In this document: piece by piece, positions 62,042 through 64,000 of the stretch
Layout of the letters: every line of letters starts with the position of its first letter
How positions within the stretch are numbered: the first letter of the stretch is position 1
NCBI RefSeq assembly: GCF_035084215.1
Contig: NC_090340.1
Coordinates: 5,022,001-5,086,000, forward strand
From: Heptranchias perlo
Taxonomy: Eukaryota
DNA length: 64,000 bases
Direction of reading: 5' to 3'
Translations under genes and position numbers: made by a program
The notes under the pieces: generated by a model
Seen by the model: the letters and a program-made list of their open reading frames with translations, nothing else
What the model was told of the DNA's origin: nothing
Databases searched by the model: none

Positions 62042-64000
62042 GAGCCGAGTTCTTGAACCGCTGCAGTCCGTGTGGTGAAGGTTCTCCCACAGTGCTGTTA
62101 TGAAGGGAGTTCCAGCATTTTGAACCAGCGGCAATGAAGGAACAGCGAAATATTTCCAAGTTGGGATGGTGTGTGACTTGGAGGGGAATGTGCAGCTGGT
62201 GTTGTTCCCATTTGCCTGCTGCCCTTATCCTTCCAGGTGTTAGAGGCCGCGAGTTTGCAGGTGCTGTCGAAGATGCCTTGGCGAGTTGCTGTAGTGCATC
62301 ATGTGGATGGTGCACACTGCAGCCACAGTGCGCCGGTGGTGAACGGAGTAAACGTTTCGGGTGGTGGGTGGATTACCAATCAATCGGGCTGCTTTGTCCT
62401 GGATGGTGTCGAGCTTCTTGAGTGTTGTTGGAGCTGCACTCATCCAGGCAAGTGGAGAAAATTGCATCACTCTCCTGACTTGTGATTGTAGATGGTGGAA
62501 AGGCTTTGGGGAGCCAGGAGGTGAGTCACTCCCCGCAGAATACGCAGCCTCTGAATTGCTCTTGAACCCACAGTATTTATATGGCTGGTCAAGTTATGTT
62601 ACTTGTCAATGGTGACCCACAGGATCTTGATGGAGGGTGATTCGGCGATGGTAGTGCCGTTGAATGTCAAGGGTAGGTGACTGGACTATCTTTTGTTGCA
62701 GATGGTCATTGCCTGGCACTTCTCTGGCGCATGGTAATGCCGTTGAATGTCAAGTGGAGATTCTCTCTTTTTGGAGATGGTCATTGCCTGACACTTGTCT
62801 GGCGCGAATGTTACTTGCCAGTTATCAGCCTAGGACTAGATGTTGTCCAGGTCGTGGTGCATGTGGGCACTGACTGCTTCATTATCTGAGGGGTTGCGAG
62901 TGGAACTGAATACTGTGCAATCATCAGCGAACATCCCCATTTCTGACCTTATGATGGAGGGAAGGTCATTGATGAAGCAGCTGAAGATGGTTGGGCCTCG
63001 GACACTGCCCTGAGGAACTCCTGCAGCAATTCCCTCGGGCTGAGATGATTGGCCTCCAACAACCATTACCATCTTCCTTTGTGCTAGGTATGACTCCAGC
63101 CAATTGAGAATTTTCCCCCTGTTTCACATTGACTTCAATTTTACAAGGGCTCCTTGGTGCCACACCCTGTCAAATGCTGCCTTGATGTCAAGGGCAGTCA
63201 CTCTCACTTCACCTCTGGAATTCGGCTCTTTTGTCCATGTTTGGACCAAGGCGGTAATGAGATCTGGAGCCGAGTCGTCCTGGCGGATCCCAAACTGAGC
63301 ATCGGTGAGTCGGTTATTGGTGAGTATGTGCTGCTTGATAGCACTGTCGACGACACCTTCCATCACTTTGCTAATGATTGAGAGTAGACTGATCGGGCAA
63401 TAATTGGCCGGATCTGATTTGTCCTACTTTTTGTGGACAGGACATACCTGGGCAATTTTCCACATTGTCAGGTAGATGCCAGCGTTGTTGCTGTACTGGA
63501 ACAGTTTGGCTAGAGGCACGGCTAGTTCTGGAGCACACATCTTCAGCACTACAGCCGGGATGTTTTCGGGGCCCATATCCTTTGTTGCATCCAGTGCACT
63601 CAGCCGTTTCTTGATGTCACGTGGTGTGAATCGAATTGGCTGAAGACTGGATTCTGTGAAGGTGGGGATATCGGGAGATCACCGAGATGGAACATCCACT
63701 CGGCACTTATGGCTGAAGATGGTTGCAAACGATTCAGCCTTGTCTTTTGCACTCACGTGCTGGACTCTGCCATCATTGAGGATGGGTGTGTTTACAGAGC
63801 CTCCTCCTCCCTTTATTTGTTTAATTGTCCACGACCATTCACGACTGGATGTGGCAGGACTGGAGAGCTTTGATCCGATCGGTTGGTTGTGGAATCGCTT
63901 AGCTCTGTCCATAGGATGTTGCTTCTGCTGTTTGGCATGCATGTAATCCTGAGTTGTAGCTTCACCAGGTTAGCATCTCATTTATACGTACGCCTGGTGC
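62042..64000 (-). mobile_element. LINE family A RT region
   Basis: ALDIKAAFDRVWH, GVPQGS, MFADDCT. Confidence 0.9.

Overview
Eukaryotic, repeat-dense vertebrate DNA. The LINE, SINE and satellite families and the IgSF exon style point to a cartilaginous fish (shark); this is inferred from family resemblance. Most of the window is CR1-clade and L2 LINE pieces, an 18-bp CT-rich satellite, and a young Penelope element with a hammerhead ribozyme. There are also two decayed env-bearing endogenous retroviruses, a decayed C2H2 zinc-finger exon, and a minus-strand Ig-superfamily (C1-TM-cytoplasmic) receptor pseudogene. The most striking feature is a pol-less LTR retroelement at 29637-43080 (minus strand). 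It has paired LTRs, a tRNA-Leu PBS and a PPT. Once nested LINEs are removed, its interior is a chimeric reading frame joining a short gag-like start to intron-less fragments resembling three host genes: DNAJC9, MYH9-type myosin II tail and NUMA1. No intact host protein-coding gene was found. All homology calls come from recognising sequence by eye; no searches were run.
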